Positions 8,409-18,055 of a stretch of 64,000 bases of DNA are shown here, one piece after another; within the stretch, counting starts at the first letter, position 1; each line of letters starts with the position of its first letter. The DNA is from Candidatus Methylomirabilota bacterium (GTDB lineage: Bacteria; Methylomirabilota; Methylomirabilia; Rokubacteriales; CSP1-6): NCBI GenBank assembly GCA_046723845.1, contig JBKOVG010000065.1, positions 2 to 64,001 of the forward strand, read 5' to 3'. Below the pieces are notes generated by a model, which made no database searches, was not told the DNA's origin, and saw only the letters and a list, made by a program, of their open reading frames with translations. Made by a program: the position numbers and the translations under genes.

Positions 8409-9039
8409 CGAGCTGTCCGGGCTCCTCCGCGAGTATCCGGATCGCTTCATCGGCTTGGCCCGCATCAGCGGCCTCATCGGCATGAAGGGCGTGCGCGAGC
8501 TGGAGCGGCGCGTGCGGGAGGAGAAGTTCCAGGCCCTCGGCGTCTCCGCCCTCGTGGACGGCATCCCCGCCAGCGACCGGCGCTACTACCCGCTCTACGC
8601 TAAGGCCGCCGAGCTCGACATTCCCGTGCGCATCTACTCGTCCATGAACTACGCCACGGATCGCCCCTACGACCTCGGCCACCCGCGCCACCTCGACCAG
8701 GTCGCCATCGACTTTCCCGAGCTCACCCTCATCGGCGGCCTCGGCGGCTGGCCGTGGGTAAACGAGATGGTCGCCCTCGTGCGGCGGCATCCCAAGCTCC
8801 ACCTCGACACCTCCGCCCACCGCGCCAGGTATCTCGGCCAGCGCGGCTCGGGCTGGGAGATGCTGATCCAGTTCGGCAACACCCTGATCCAGGACAAGGT
8901 CCTCGTCGGCCTCTCCGCGGGGCTGGTGGGCCAGACGCACGAGACGCTCATCCAGGAATACCTCGCCCTCCCCCTCAAGGACACCGTCAAGGAGAAGTGG
9001 CTCTTCGGCAACGCCGCCCGCATCTTCGGCATCAACTGA
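8167..9039 (+). CDS. Amidohydrolase-2 family protein
   Basis: MRVIDMECSIP start, AAGGAG SD 6 nt upstream, ..HLDTSAH.. metal-dependent hydrolase pattern. Confidence 0.8.
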   Translation: MRVIDMECSIPKNENTAPAASAAAPAAAERPAGYGMANYGRIFRSRAEGGDARPTTELSRYVEMLGRAGIVRSVPFGVTNDELSGLLREYPDRFIGLARISGLIGMKGVRELERRVREEKFQALGVSALVDGIPASDRRYYPLYAKAAELDIPVRIYSSMNYATDRPYDLGHPRHLDQVAIDFPELTLIGGLGGWPWVNEMVALVRRHPKLHLDTSAHRARYLGQRGSGWEMLIQFGNTLIQDKVLVGLSAGLVGQTHETLIQEYLALPLKDTVKEKWLFGNAARIFGIN

Positions 9040-9061
9040 GCCCATCGTTACGGGAGACCTC

Positions 9062-10072
9062 ATGACCGACCGGACCCAGCACGTCTATGTCATCCAGGGT
9101 CGCACCGAGCGCGACTACGCCGACTGTCAGGCCGCGGTGGCGCACGTGCCCGCTCGCCTGACCACGCTCCCCTTCCTCGACAACGAGTACGAGGTCGTCG
9201 GGCATGCCCGCGACGCCGACGCCCTCATCATCTCCTCCACCCCGGTGACCCGCGGCGTGATGAGCGCGCTGGAAGGGCTCAAGGTGGTGGTGCGCACGGG
9301 GGTGGGCTACGACGTCATCGACGTCCCCGGCGCCACCGACCTCGGGGTGATCGTGGTCAACGTGCCCGACATCTGGGTGCGCGAGGTCGCCAATCACGCC
9401 CTCGCTCTCCTCCTCGCCTGGAATCGCAAGATCATCACCCTCGACCGCAACGTGCACGCGGGCAAGTGGGGCGGCGGCGTGCCCAGCGCGTGGACGGGCT
9501 CGCTGCACGGCGAGACGGTGGGCATCGTAGGGCTGGGCAACATCGGCAGCGCCTTCGCCCGCCGCGTGGTCGCCTTCGAGACGAAGGTGATCGCGCACGA
9601 CCCCTACGTGGACGACGCGCGCTTCAAGGAGCTGGGAGTAGAGCGCGTCTCCCTCGAGGCGCTGGCCGAGCGCTCCGACTACGTCTCCGTGCACACCCTC
9701 CTCAACGCGGAGACGCGTCACCTCATCGGCGAGGCCTTCTTCAAGCACATGAAGCCGACGGCCATCCTCATCAATACCTCGCGGGGACCCGTGGTGGACG
9801 AGCAGGCCCTGACCCAGGCCCTCCGGGAGAAGCGGCTGGCCGGCGCCGCCCTCGACGTGTGGGAGCGCGAGCCCGTGGCCGCCGACAATCTCCTCCTCGG
9901 CATGGACAACGTGATCGCCACGCCGCACGCAGCGTACTTTTCCTCTCCCGCGGTGGCCCAGGTGCCGCGGCGCTGCGGCGAGGAAGTCGCGCGAGTGCTC
10001 ACGGGGCAGCGCCCGATCAACGTGGTCAATCCCGAGGTGTACGCGCCGGGAGCGGCGCGGCGCGCTCGCTGA
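9062..10072 (+). CDS. D-isomer-specific 2-hydroxyacid dehydrogenase (NAD-binding)
   Basis: GETVGIVGLGNIGSAFARR, NTSRGPVVDEQAL, LDVWEREP, ATPHAA. Confidence 0.85.
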   Translation: MTDRTQHVYVIQGRTERDYADCQAAVAHVPARLTTLPFLDNEYEVVGHARDADALIISSTPVTRGVMSALEGLKVVVRTGVGYDVIDVPGATDLGVIVVNVPDIWVREVANHALALLLAWNRKIITLDRNVHAGKWGGGVPSAWTGSLHGETVGIVGLGNIGSAFARRVVAFETKVIAHDPYVDDARFKELGVERVSLEALAERSDYVSVHTLLNAETRHLIGEAFFKHMKPTAILINTSRGPVVDEQALTQALREKRLAGAALDVWEREPVAADNLLLGMDNVIATPHAAYFSSPAVAQVPRRCGEEVARVLTGQRPINVVNPEVYAPGAARRAR

Positions 10073-11279
10073 CCCGGCCGGGCCCGAGCAGCACGAGGCC
10101 GGCGGCGAGCGCCTCGAGTCCCATGCACATGGCGAGCGCCGCCGGGTAGCCACCGGCAGCGTCGCGCACCACGCCGACCAGCGACGGCCCGAAGGCGAAG
10201 GTGAACTGGTTGATCCCGACCACGAGTCCGACCAGCGAACTGAAGCGCTCGCGCGGCCACTCGACGGCCAGGACGAGCCCGGGCAGCGTGGTGAGATTTC
10301 CCACGCCGAGGCCGAAGAGGGCACAGCCCGCGTAGACGATGGTGGCCGAGGGCGCCCACGCGAGGAGGGCGAGGCCGGCCATCTGGATACAGAGGGTCGC
10401 GCTCGCGACTCCGCGACGACTCAGCCGGTCGACGACGAAACCCGTGCCCAGCCGCCCGAGCACCGCGGCGGCCGTGGCCGCGCTCACCGCACGCCCGGCC
10501 GTGCTCGTGCCGAGCATGGGTGCCACCAGGGCGACCAGGTGTGTGAGCACGCCCACCTGCGCGGCCAGGCCGAGGGCGAAGGGCGCGGACACGCTCCAGA
10601 AGCGCCACGTGCGGAGGGCGGCGCGCCGCCACTGCGCTCCCTCGACGGCTGGCGCGGTGCGATGCGGTGGGAGCGCGGGATCGCCGTCGGGACCGAGCCC
10701 GACTTCGGCGGGCCCGCGGCCCATCACCCGTGCCGCCACCGTGAGCACGGCGAGCTGGGCGAGGGCCGCCGCGGCGAGGGCTCGGCGGAAGCCCAGCGCG
10801 TCGATCAGCGGGAGGAGTGCGGGGGTGACGAAGACGCCGCCCAGCGTGGCCCCGTTGAAGGCGAGGCTCACCGCGAGCCCGCGCCGGCGCTCGAACCACG
10901 GCGCGAGGATAATGTTGATGGCCGCACCGCTCATGGCGCCCCAGCCCACCGACATCACGAGGAAGGCTGGATAGAGTTCCCAGGGCATCGCCACGCGACC
11001 GAGGAGGAGGAGGCCCGCCGCCATGGCGACACCGCCGGTCGCGACCACGGCGCGAGGGCCGAAGCGCGCGTAGAGATCGGCCATCACCGCGGTGAGGAGC
11101 GCGCCCACCACGTAGTAGGCGGTGACGGGCGCCGACACCGCGGAGGCGGACCAGCCGTGGAAACGCTGCAGGGTCGCCACGTACACGCTGAGCCCGTAGA
11201 AGCCGAGGCCGAAGCTCAGGAGCGCCATCACGAAGGTGGCACCCACCACGTTCCAGCCGTGGAAGTATCGCGCGCGCAT
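10026..11279 (-). CDS. MFS transporter
   Basis: 417 aa, ~12 hydrophobic helices. 47-nt convergent overlap with the 3' end of the previous gene. Confidence 0.8.
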   Translation of the reverse strand: MRARYFHGWNVVGATFVMALLSFGLGFYGLSVYVATLQRFHGWSASAVSAPVTAYYVVGALLTAVMADLYARFGPRAVVATGGVAMAAGLLLLGRVAMPWELYPAFLVMSVGWGAMSGAAINIILAPWFERRRGLAVSLAFNGATLGGVFVTPALLPLIDALGFRRALAAAALAQLAVLTVAARVMGRGPAEVGLGPDGDPALPPHRTAPAVEGAQWRRAALRTWRFWSVSAPFALGLAAQVGVLTHLVALVAPMLGTSTAGRAVSAATAAAVLGRLGTGFVVDRLSRRGVASATLCIQMAGLALLAWAPSATIVYAGCALFGLGVGNLTTLPGLVLAVEWPRERFSSLVGLVVGINQFTFAFGPSLVGVVRDAAGGYPAALAMCMGLEALAAGLVLLGPGRVSERAAPLPARTPRD

Positions 11280-11388
11280 GTCCGCCCTTCACGCTACCGG
11301 GGGCGCGCGCGGGCGTCTCGCCGTATCCGGACCTGATCGTCCACGGCCGGCCGCGGGTGGGCGGGCACGTGCTAGGCTCAGGGTCACC

Positions 11389-11991
11389 GTGCGCACCGGT
11401 GTGGCCTTCGATCGACGCAGATGCGACCGCGCCCGGATCGCACGTGACGCGCGATTCGACGGGTGGTTCTTCACGGGTGTGCTCACCACCCGGATCTACT
11501 GCCGCCCCACCTGCCCCGTGAAGCCCGCCAAGTCGCGCAACGTCGTCTTCTTCCCCACGGCGGCCGCGGCGGAGCGCGCGGGCTTCCGCCCCTGCCTGCG
11601 CTGCCGGCCGGAGGCGGCCCCGGGCACACCGGCGTGGCATGGAGCCGGCGCCTCTGTCTCGCGCGCGCTCCGGCTCATCGAGCGCGGGTTCCTCGACGAC
11701 GGCGCCACCGTGGACGATCTCGCCCTCACCCTCGGCATGACCGCTCGGCACATGCGGCGGCTCTTCCTCGCTCACGCGGGGGCCTCCCCCCTGGCCGTGG
11801 CGACCACGCGCCGGGTGCAGCGGGCCAAGAGCCTCGTCGAGGAGACGGCCATGCCCATGGCCGCGGTGGCCTTCGCCGCGGGCTTCTCCAGCATCCGCCG
11901 CTTCAATGCGGCCTTCCGCTCCGTGTATCGCCGGCCGCCCAGCGCCATGCGCCGGACGCGGGCCCGGAGCGCCGCGCGCCATCTCCCATAG
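11389..11991 (+). CDS. Ada-type Zn-finger / AraC-HTH regulator (AdaA-like methylphosphotriester methyltransferase)
   Basis: YCRPTCPVK..FFPTAAAAERAGFRPCLRCRP (Cys4 Ada N-domain) followed by AraC-type HTH (LGMTARHMRRLF..AGFSSIRRFNAAF). GTG 11389 chosen because upstream ORF sequence overlaps the MFS gene. Confidence 0.75.
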   Translation: MRTGVAFDRRRCDRARIARDARFDGWFFTGVLTTRIYCRPTCPVKPAKSRNVVFFPTAAAAERAGFRPCLRCRPEAAPGTPAWHGAGASVSRALRLIERGFLDDGATVDDLALTLGMTARHMRRLFLAHAGASPLAVATTRRVQRAKSLVEETAMPMAAVAFAAGFSSIRRFNAAFRSVYRRPPSAMRRTRARSAARHLP

Positions 11992-12006
11992 AGACGAGGA
12001 GGAGTC

Positions 12007-12825
12007 ATGGATCTGGGGCTTCGCGACAAGCATGCAATCGTGACCGGCGGCAGCTTGGGCATCGGCAAGGCCATCGCCCGCGAGCTGGCCCGCGAGGGAG
12101 CCGACGTCGCCGTGGTCGCGCGCACGCGGGACACCCTGGAGACGGCCGCGAAGGAGATCGCGGCGGAGACGGGCCGGCGCGTCATCCCGCTCGTGGCGGA
12201 CGTGACCAGCCGGGCCCAGGTCGACGCCATGGTGGCGGAGGCGGCGACGCAGCTCGGCGGCCTGCACATCCTCGTGAACAGCGGCTCGCCGCCCGGGGGT
12301 TCCGCCACCGCCACCGGCCCCATCGAGACGGTGGTCGACGAGGATCTCCTCCACGACTTCGACGTGAAGTACGTGGGGGCGCTCCGCTGCGCGCGGGCGG
12401 CCATCCCCTTCATGAAGGAGCAGGGCTGGGGGCGCATCATCAACATCAGCGGCACCAACGCCCGCAATGCCGGCAATCTGAGTGGGGGCGCCCGGAACAC
12501 GTCCCTCGTGCACCTGACCAAGACGCTCGCCGTCCAGCTCGGCCGCTTCGGCATCACGGTGAACTGCGTGCATCCCGGCATCACCCATACCGAGCGGACC
12601 CCGCGTCTCCTCGCCGCCCGGGCCAAGGAGCTCGGCATCTCGGCCGATGCCGTCGAGAAGCAGGACTTCATGCCGGACTCTCCCCGCGGCAATGCCATCT
12701 GCCGCATGGTCGACGCCGCGGAGATCGCCTACGTCACGGCCTTCCTCGCCTCGGACAAGGCGTGGGCGGTCACGGGAGAACTGGTGGTCGCCACGGGAGG
12801 GGCGGGGCGGTCCGTCTACTACTAG
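12007..12825 (+). CDS. SDR family oxidoreductase
   Basis: VTGGSLGIGKAIA, NISG..., short-chain dehydrogenase pattern; GAGGAGG SD. Confidence 0.85.
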   Translation: MDLGLRDKHAIVTGGSLGIGKAIARELAREGADVAVVARTRDTLETAAKEIAAETGRRVIPLVADVTSRAQVDAMVAEAATQLGGLHILVNSGSPPGGSATATGPIETVVDEDLLHDFDVKYVGALRCARAAIPFMKEQGWGRIINISGTNARNAGNLSGGARNTSLVHLTKTLAVQLGRFGITVNCVHPGITHTERTPRLLAARAKELGISADAVEKQDFMPDSPRGNAICRMVDAAEIAYVTAFLASDKAWAVTGELVVATGGAGRSVYY

Positions 12826-12878
12826 ACACTCATTTAACAGCGATGGCCGTGCGGTGTCTCAGCAGGTGGGAGGACACC

Positions 12879-13286
12879 ATGGCTTCCATACATCGTGAAG
12901 TGATCGTGGAGGCGGCGCCCGAGCTGGTGTGGGATGCGATTCGGGACGTGGGCGCGGTGCACGAGCGGCTCGCCCCTGGCTTCGTGGTGGACACGCGGCT
13001 CAAGGAAGGGGCGCGCATCGTCACCTTCGGCAATGGGGTGGTGGCGCGCGAGCTGATCGTCGACGTGGACGAGGCGGGCCGGCGCCTCGTGTGGTCGGTG
13101 GTGGGGGGACGGATGACGCACCACAACGCCTCCCTCCAGGTCTTCCGGGAGAGCGGCACGAAGAGCCGCGTGGTGTGGATCGCCGATCTCCTGCCCAACG
13201 AGGTCGCCCCCTACATCGCGGGCATGATCGATCAGGGTATGGCCGTGATGAAGAAGACGATGGAGGCCCGGGCGGCAGGAAGCTGA
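12879..13286 (+). CDS. SRPBCC (START/polyketide-cyclase-like) family protein
   Basis: MASIHREVIVEAAPELVWDAIRD..; GGGAGG SD; in frame with long artefactual ORF 11463..13286. Confidence 0.75.
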   Translation: MASIHREVIVEAAPELVWDAIRDVGAVHERLAPGFVVDTRLKEGARIVTFGNGVVARELIVDVDEAGRRLVWSVVGGRMTHHNASLQVFRESGTKSRVVWIADLLPNEVAPYIAGMIDQGMAVMKKTMEARAAGS

Positions 13287-13289
13287 CCC

Positions 13290-13787
13290 GTGGCGCACCC
13301 GCTCGTGACGCAGCTCCGCTTCACCCGGCGCGAGTGGATCCGAGGGCTGCGCACGGTGACGGCCGCGGACGGAGAGCGCCGCATCGGTCGGCTCAACCCC
13401 ATCGCGTGGATGATCGGCCATCTCGCCTGGCAGGAGCAGCTGTACTGGCTGGAGCGCGCTCAGGGACGCGTCGTCGTCCCCGAGGTGAAGCGCTTCGGCT
13501 ACGGCAAGCCGCTCTCCGTGCCGTCGCTGGAGGACGCGTGGACGTGGTGGCGCGCGGTGACGGCGGCCGCCGATCCCTTCCTCGACTCGCTCACGGGGGC
13601 CGCGCTCACGCGCCGGTGGAGGCGCGAGTCCTCGAGGGAGACGCCGGGGACCAAGCTCCATCGCACCACCTACCACTACTGGTTCCACCTCGGCGAGTCG
13701 CAGGCCATACGCCAGATGCTCGGCCCGGGAAGGCTGCCGGACTTCGTGGGAGGATTCGGTGAAGCGCAGTACCGGCCGGAGCCCTGA
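13290..13787 (+). CDS. DinB-family protein
   Basis: NPIAWMIGHLAWQE..YHYWFHLGE, four-helix DinB-like His pattern. Confidence 0.7.
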   Translation: MAHPLVTQLRFTRREWIRGLRTVTAADGERRIGRLNPIAWMIGHLAWQEQLYWLERAQGRVVVPEVKRFGYGKPLSVPSLEDAWTWWRAVTAAADPFLDSLTGAALTRRWRRESSRETPGTKLHRTTYHYWFHLGESQAIRQMLGPGRLPDFVGGFGEAQYRPEP

Positions 13788-13804
13788 GCCGCGTCCGCGG
13801 GCGC

Positions 13805-14566
13805 TCAGCTCGAGAAGAACTCCAGCATGAGGCGATTCACCTCGGGCGCGTTCTCGTAGGCCGACCAGTGGCCGGCGCGCGGGATGCGATGCAGCTCCAA
13901 GGCCCCCACCACCTCGCGGATCTCGCCGATCAGGAGCTCGGCGGGACGGAACTTCGAGTCGTCGCGATCGCCCCAGAGCAGACGGATCTTGCACCGGAGC
14001 TGCGCCAGGTCGCCGAGGAGCGTCCCGCCCCCGCTCACCTTGCGGCTGTTGAAGCGCGTGCGGCGCACGCAGTCGGCCTGGATGTCGAGCGTCTCCTCAC
14101 TGATGCTGGCCGGATCGCTCAGCATGTTGATGAGCAGGTTGTGTCGGCAGATCTCTCGGAAGAGCTTCTCGTCGTCGCCCGCCTCCCGGTAGCTCCGCGT
14201 GGGTCGCTCCCCGAAGGTGCGCCTGGGGAAGCCCGCGGGAGAGACGAGACAGAGATGGGTCACCCGCGGGGCGAGCCGGCGGGCGAGATTGGCGGCGATG
14301 GCCGCCCCGAAGGAGAATCCCGCGAAGCGGAGGGGCGCCGAGCCGGGGAACATCTCCACGAAGAGGGCGTGCACCAGATCGAGATAGGCCGCGCCGGAGG
14401 TCTCGCGCGGCACCGAGGCCGAGTCGCCGTAGGACGGATGATCGAGGGCGTGTACGGTGAAGCGCTCGGCGAGCGGCCCGATGTTGCGCGTCCAGTGCTT
14501 CCACGAGCCCATGCCGCCGTGGAAGAGGACCACATCGGGACCATGGCCGCTCCTGCGCACGGCCAT
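13805..14566 (-). CDS. Alpha/beta hydrolase
   Basis: VVLFHGGMGS..FAGFSFGAAIA (nucleophile elbow)..RAGHWSAYE. Start ATG comp. 14564-14566. Confidence 0.8.
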   Translation of the reverse strand: MAVRRSGHGPDVVLFHGGMGSWKHWTRNIGPLAERFTVHALDHPSYGDSASVPRETSGAAYLDLVHALFVEMFPGSAPLRFAGFSFGAAIAANLARRLAPRVTHLCLVSPAGFPRRTFGERPTRSYREAGDDEKLFREICRHNLLINMLSDPASISEETLDIQADCVRRTRFNSRKVSGGGTLLGDLAQLRCKIRLLWGDRDDSKFRPAELLIGEIREVVGALELHRIPRAGHWSAYENAPEVNRLMLEFFSS

Positions 14567-14598
14567 GGCGGGAGCGGACGCGGCGGGCACGGGCGGGA

Positions 14599-15498
14599 TC
14601 AGGCGAGCCGGGGACGCACGCGCTCGGCAAAGACGGTCATCTGCCCGTCGAGCTCGCGGCCGTCGGCGGCGAGGAACTCCAGCACGAGGTGCTCGACGCC
14701 GCACGCGCGGAGCTCGGCGATGTCCTCGACGAGGCGGGCCGGCTCGCCGGCGAGCACGCGGCCGCCGTGAGTGGAGGCGGGCACGGTCTCCCCCGGCGCG
14801 GTGACGCGGAGGTCGTTGCGGAGCGTGAGGACGGGCGGCACGGGGCGGCCTCGCTCGCGGGAGAGCCGGGCGAGCTCGGCCACGCCGCCCCGGAGCTCCG
14901 CGGGAGGCCGGTTGATGGGATGCCAGGCTGCCCCGAACTCCACCGTGCGGCGGAGCGCGGCGCGGCTGTGGCCGCCGACCCAGATCGGCAGATGCGGCTT
15001 CTGCACGGGCTTGGGCTCGAAGACGAGCCCGCTGAACTGGGTGTACTTGCCCGAGAAGGAGGGCGCCGCGCTCGTCCACAGCTCCCGCATCGCCTCGAGA
15101 TGCTCGTCGGTCATGGCCCCCCGCTCCGCGAAGGGCACGCCGAGCATGGCGCTCTCCGCGGCGACCCAGCCCGCGCCGATGCCGAGCACCACACGGCCGC
15201 CGCTCAGCGCGTCCAGCGAAGAAACCATCTTGGCCGTCACCACCGCGTTGCGGTAGGGGACGATGAGGACGGTGGTGCCGAGCCGCACCCGCCGCGTCGC
15301 GCCCGCGATCACGGCGAGAGTGACGAGAGGATCGAAGATGGTCTCCCCGAAGTTGACGACGTTGGCATGCGGCACGACCACGTGATCGCTCACCCACACC
15401 GAGTCGTAGCCGAGCTCCTCCGCCCGCACCGCCGCGCCCCGGATGTTCTCCGGGGTCGCGAGGTGCCGGCAGTTGGGAATCCAGACGCCGATCTGCAT
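14599..15498 (-). CDS. LLM-class F420-dependent oxidoreductase
   Basis: MQIGVWIPN..ELGYDSVWVSDHVV..RLGTTVLIVPYRN..GRVVLGIGAGW. Confidence 0.8.
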   Translation of the reverse strand: MQIGVWIPNCRHLATPENIRGAAVRAEELGYDSVWVSDHVVVPHANVVNFGETIFDPLVTLAVIAGATRRVRLGTTVLIVPYRNAVVTAKMVSSLDALSGGRVVLGIGAGWVAAESAMLGVPFAERGAMTDEHLEAMRELWTSAAPSFSGKYTQFSGLVFEPKPVQKPHLPIWVGGHSRAALRRTVEFGAAWHPINRPPAELRGGVAELARLSRERGRPVPPVLTLRNDLRVTAPGETVPASTHGGRVLAGEPARLVEDIAELRACGVEHLVLEFLAADGRELDGQMTVFAERVRPRLA

Positions 15499-15505
15499 CA
15501 GACGG

Positions 15506-15664
15506 TCACGCCGTCTTCGCCGCCTCGTACACGGCCTGCTCGATTCGGGCACGACCGGCCATGGCGCCTCCCTGGGCGTGGGCTCGGTGCGGAACGGCGG
15601 AGACGGCGGCGAGGGCCGCGGCTCCCTTCAGCACGTCACGACGGCTCGGAGGGATCGACGTCAT
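15506..15664 (-). CDS. 52-aa protein with twin-arginine (Tat) signal peptide
   Basis: MTSIPPSRRDVLKGAAALAAVSAVPHRAHA|QGG..; GGAGG SD 8 nt upstream; stop 8 nt before the LLM start. Confidence 0.45.
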   Translation of the reverse strand: MTSIPPSRRDVLKGAAALAAVSAVPHRAHAQGGAMAGRARIEQAVYEAAKTA

Positions 15665-15832
15665 GGTCTGTTCCTCCCTGGTAGCTCCTGGTGGGCACGC
15701 GGGACGGGCCGATGGGCGGGAGAGTACAACGCGGGCCCCCGGTGGATCAACCGCGGGGAGCCGTCGTCTCTGACGATGGCACGTTCGCCCCCGGCAACGA
15801 AATCGGCTACCATCCCCGCGGGAGGAAACCTC

Positions 15833-16927
15833 ATGATCCTCGAGCGCTTCAAGGTTCCCGAGAAGGATCAGGTGCGCGTCTCCGAGGCGGCGCTGCGGCG
15901 CACGGTGACGGAGATCTTCGAGAAGCTCGGCGTGACGCCGGCGGATGCCGCGGAGGCGGCCGACGCGCTGACCATGACGGATCTTCGCGGCGTGGAGACG
16001 CACGGCGTGTCCAACATGCTCCGCGCCTACGTGCGCGACTACAAGGCGGGCAAGCTCAATCCCCTCCCCGGCTGGCGGATCGAGCGCGAGTCGCCGGGCA
16101 CCGCCGTCATCGACGCGGAGAAGCGCCTCGGCATCGTGATCGGCCCCAAGGCCATGCGCCTGGCCATCGAGAAGGCGCGCGCGGTCGGCGTGGGCGTGGT
16201 CACCGTGCACAACAGCGGGCACTTCGGCGCCATCGGCCACTTCGCCATGCAGGCGGCGATGCAGGACATGGTCGGGGTGTGCTTCACCGCGGCGGGCCTG
16301 CACGTGGTGCCCACCTTCGCCTCGCGACCGCTCCTCGGCACCAATCCCATCGCCATCGCTGCTCCCGCGCGCCACGAGCCGCCGCTGCTCTTCGACGCCG
16401 CCACCTCGGCCATCGCGGGGAACAAGATCCGCCTCGCCATGCGGGTGGGCTCGCCGCTCCTCCCGGGCTGGGTCACCGACAAGGAAGGCAGCCCCATCAT
16501 GGAGGAGAAGCCCGTGTTCGATCGGGACGACTTCTTCCAGGCGCCGCTCGGGGGCACGCGGGAGCAGGGCTCGCACAAGGGCTACGGCTTCGCTCTCATG
16601 GCCGAGGTGCTGGCCACCGCGCTCTCCGGCGCGCTCCCCACCATGCTCTCGCCCACGAGCGGGTCCAAGAACCAGTTCGCCGCCTACAACATCGCGGCCT
16701 TCACCGACCTCGACCGCTTCAAGGACACCATGGACGAGATGCTCCGCACCCTGCGCACGGCGCCTCCCGCCCCCGGACAGGAGCGCGTGCTCTATCCGGG
16801 GCTGTCCGAGGCCGAGGAGCTCGAGACTCGGCGCGCCCACGGCATACCGCTCCACAAGGAGGTGCTCCAGTGGTTCGCCGAGTGCACGAGCGAGCTCGGC
16901 GTGACGCCGCTGTCCGCCATAACCTGA
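15833..16927 (+). CDS. Ldh_2 family (malate/L-lactate/ureidoglycolate dehydrogenase-like) oxidoreductase
   Basis: GVETHGVSNMLRAY..HNSGHFGAIGHFA..LGTNPIAIAAP..GSHKGYGFALM. Confidence 0.85.
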   Translation: MILERFKVPEKDQVRVSEAALRRTVTEIFEKLGVTPADAAEAADALTMTDLRGVETHGVSNMLRAYVRDYKAGKLNPLPGWRIERESPGTAVIDAEKRLGIVIGPKAMRLAIEKARAVGVGVVTVHNSGHFGAIGHFAMQAAMQDMVGVCFTAAGLHVVPTFASRPLLGTNPIAIAAPARHEPPLLFDAATSAIAGNKIRLAMRVGSPLLPGWVTDKEGSPIMEEKPVFDRDDFFQAPLGGTREQGSHKGYGFALMAEVLATALSGALPTMLSPTSGSKNQFAAYNIAAFTDLDRFKDTMDEMLRTLRTAPPAPGQERVLYPGLSEAEELETRRAHGIPLHKEVLQWFAECTSELGVTPLSAIT

Positions 16928-17000
16928 GCCGAGGAGAGACCGACCAGTAGTGAGAGCGACCGTGCAGTTGTTCTTCGACGCCAGCTAGGAGGAGACATCC

Positions 17001-18029
17001 ATGCGCATGGTGGCGCTCGTGCTTGGTATTCTCGCGCTCGTGAGCTCTGATGCGGCCGAAGCGCAGACGGTTTCCGTGGCCGAGGTGGGTAGCTTCCACG
17101 TGGGCGGCCGCGCCGTCTCGCTCACCGGCCTGCCCACCCGCGACGTCGTGTTCACGGCGGGATCGGCGCCCATCAAGGTCGATCCCAACGGCGACTTCGA
17201 GGTGGAGCAGATGTACGTGAGCTATACCAAGCTCGCCCAGCCCAAGGCCCGCTATCCCCTGCTCCTCTGGCACGGCGGCGGTCTCACCGGCGTGACCTGG
17301 GAGACCAAGCCCGATGGCAAGCCGGGCTGGCAGCTCTTCTTCCTGCGCGCCGGGCACGACGTGTACGTCTCCGACGCGGTGGAGCGGGGCCGCGCTTCCT
17401 GGGCGCGCTATCCCGAGATCTTCACCTCCGAGCCGCTCTTCCGCACCAAGAAGCAGGCGTGGGAGGAGTTCCGCATCGGCGCCGTCGGCAGCTACCGGCT
17501 CAATCCCGCGGAGCGGGTGGCCCTGCCCGGCCAGCTCTTCCCCGTCGACGCCTTCGATCAGTTCATGAAGCAGGCGGTGCCGCGCTGGGCGACCACCGAC
17601 GCGCAGATCCAGGCCGCCTACAACCAGCTCGTGCAGAAGGTCTGCCCCTGCGTGCTCATCACGCACAGCCAGGGCGGCAACTTCGGCTTCAACGCCGCCC
17701 TCGCCGCGCCGGACAAGGTCAAGGCGCTCATCTCCATCGAGCCCACGGGCACGCCCAAGCCCGAGCTGACGGCGGGCAAGCTGAAGGCGGTGCCGCACCT
17801 GATCGTGTGGGGCGACTACATCGACCAGAGCGATGTCTGGAAGCGGTTCCAGCCCGCCTCCCAGCGCTATGCGGAGGCGCTGCGCGCCGACGGCGGGGTC
17901 GCCGACTGGTGGGAGCTGCCCAAGCTCGGCATCACGGGCAACGGCCACATGATGATGATGGACAAGAACTCGGACCAGGTCGCCCAGCTCATTCAGCGCT
18001 GGGTGACCGACAAGGGGCTGATGCAGTAG
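17001..18029 (+). CDS. Secreted alpha/beta hydrolase (esterase-like)
   Basis: Signal peptide MRMVALVLGILALVSSDAAEA; LLLWHGGG..; ITHSQGG nucleophile motif. Confidence 0.7.
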   Translation: MRMVALVLGILALVSSDAAEAQTVSVAEVGSFHVGGRAVSLTGLPTRDVVFTAGSAPIKVDPNGDFEVEQMYVSYTKLAQPKARYPLLLWHGGGLTGVTWETKPDGKPGWQLFFLRAGHDVYVSDAVERGRASWARYPEIFTSEPLFRTKKQAWEEFRIGAVGSYRLNPAERVALPGQLFPVDAFDQFMKQAVPRWATTDAQIQAAYNQLVQKVCPCVLITHSQGGNFGFNAALAAPDKVKALISIEPTGTPKPELTAGKLKAVPHLIVWGDYIDQSDVWKRFQPASQRYAEALRADGGVADWWELPKLGITGNGHMMMMDKNSDQVAQLIQRWVTDKGLMQ

Positions 18030-18055
18030 GGACGCCGCCCCGGGAGGAGACCACG

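Noticed and set aside
9718-12588. Very long ORFs (e.g. 9718..12588 minus, 956 aa; 501..1574; 2170..3513; 13805..15397 N-terminal part; 61839..63467) rich in Arg/Pro/Gly/Ala
   Set aside because: These are typical shadow ORFs of high-GC DNA. They overlap well-supported genes on the other strand or frame and have no recognisable motifs.
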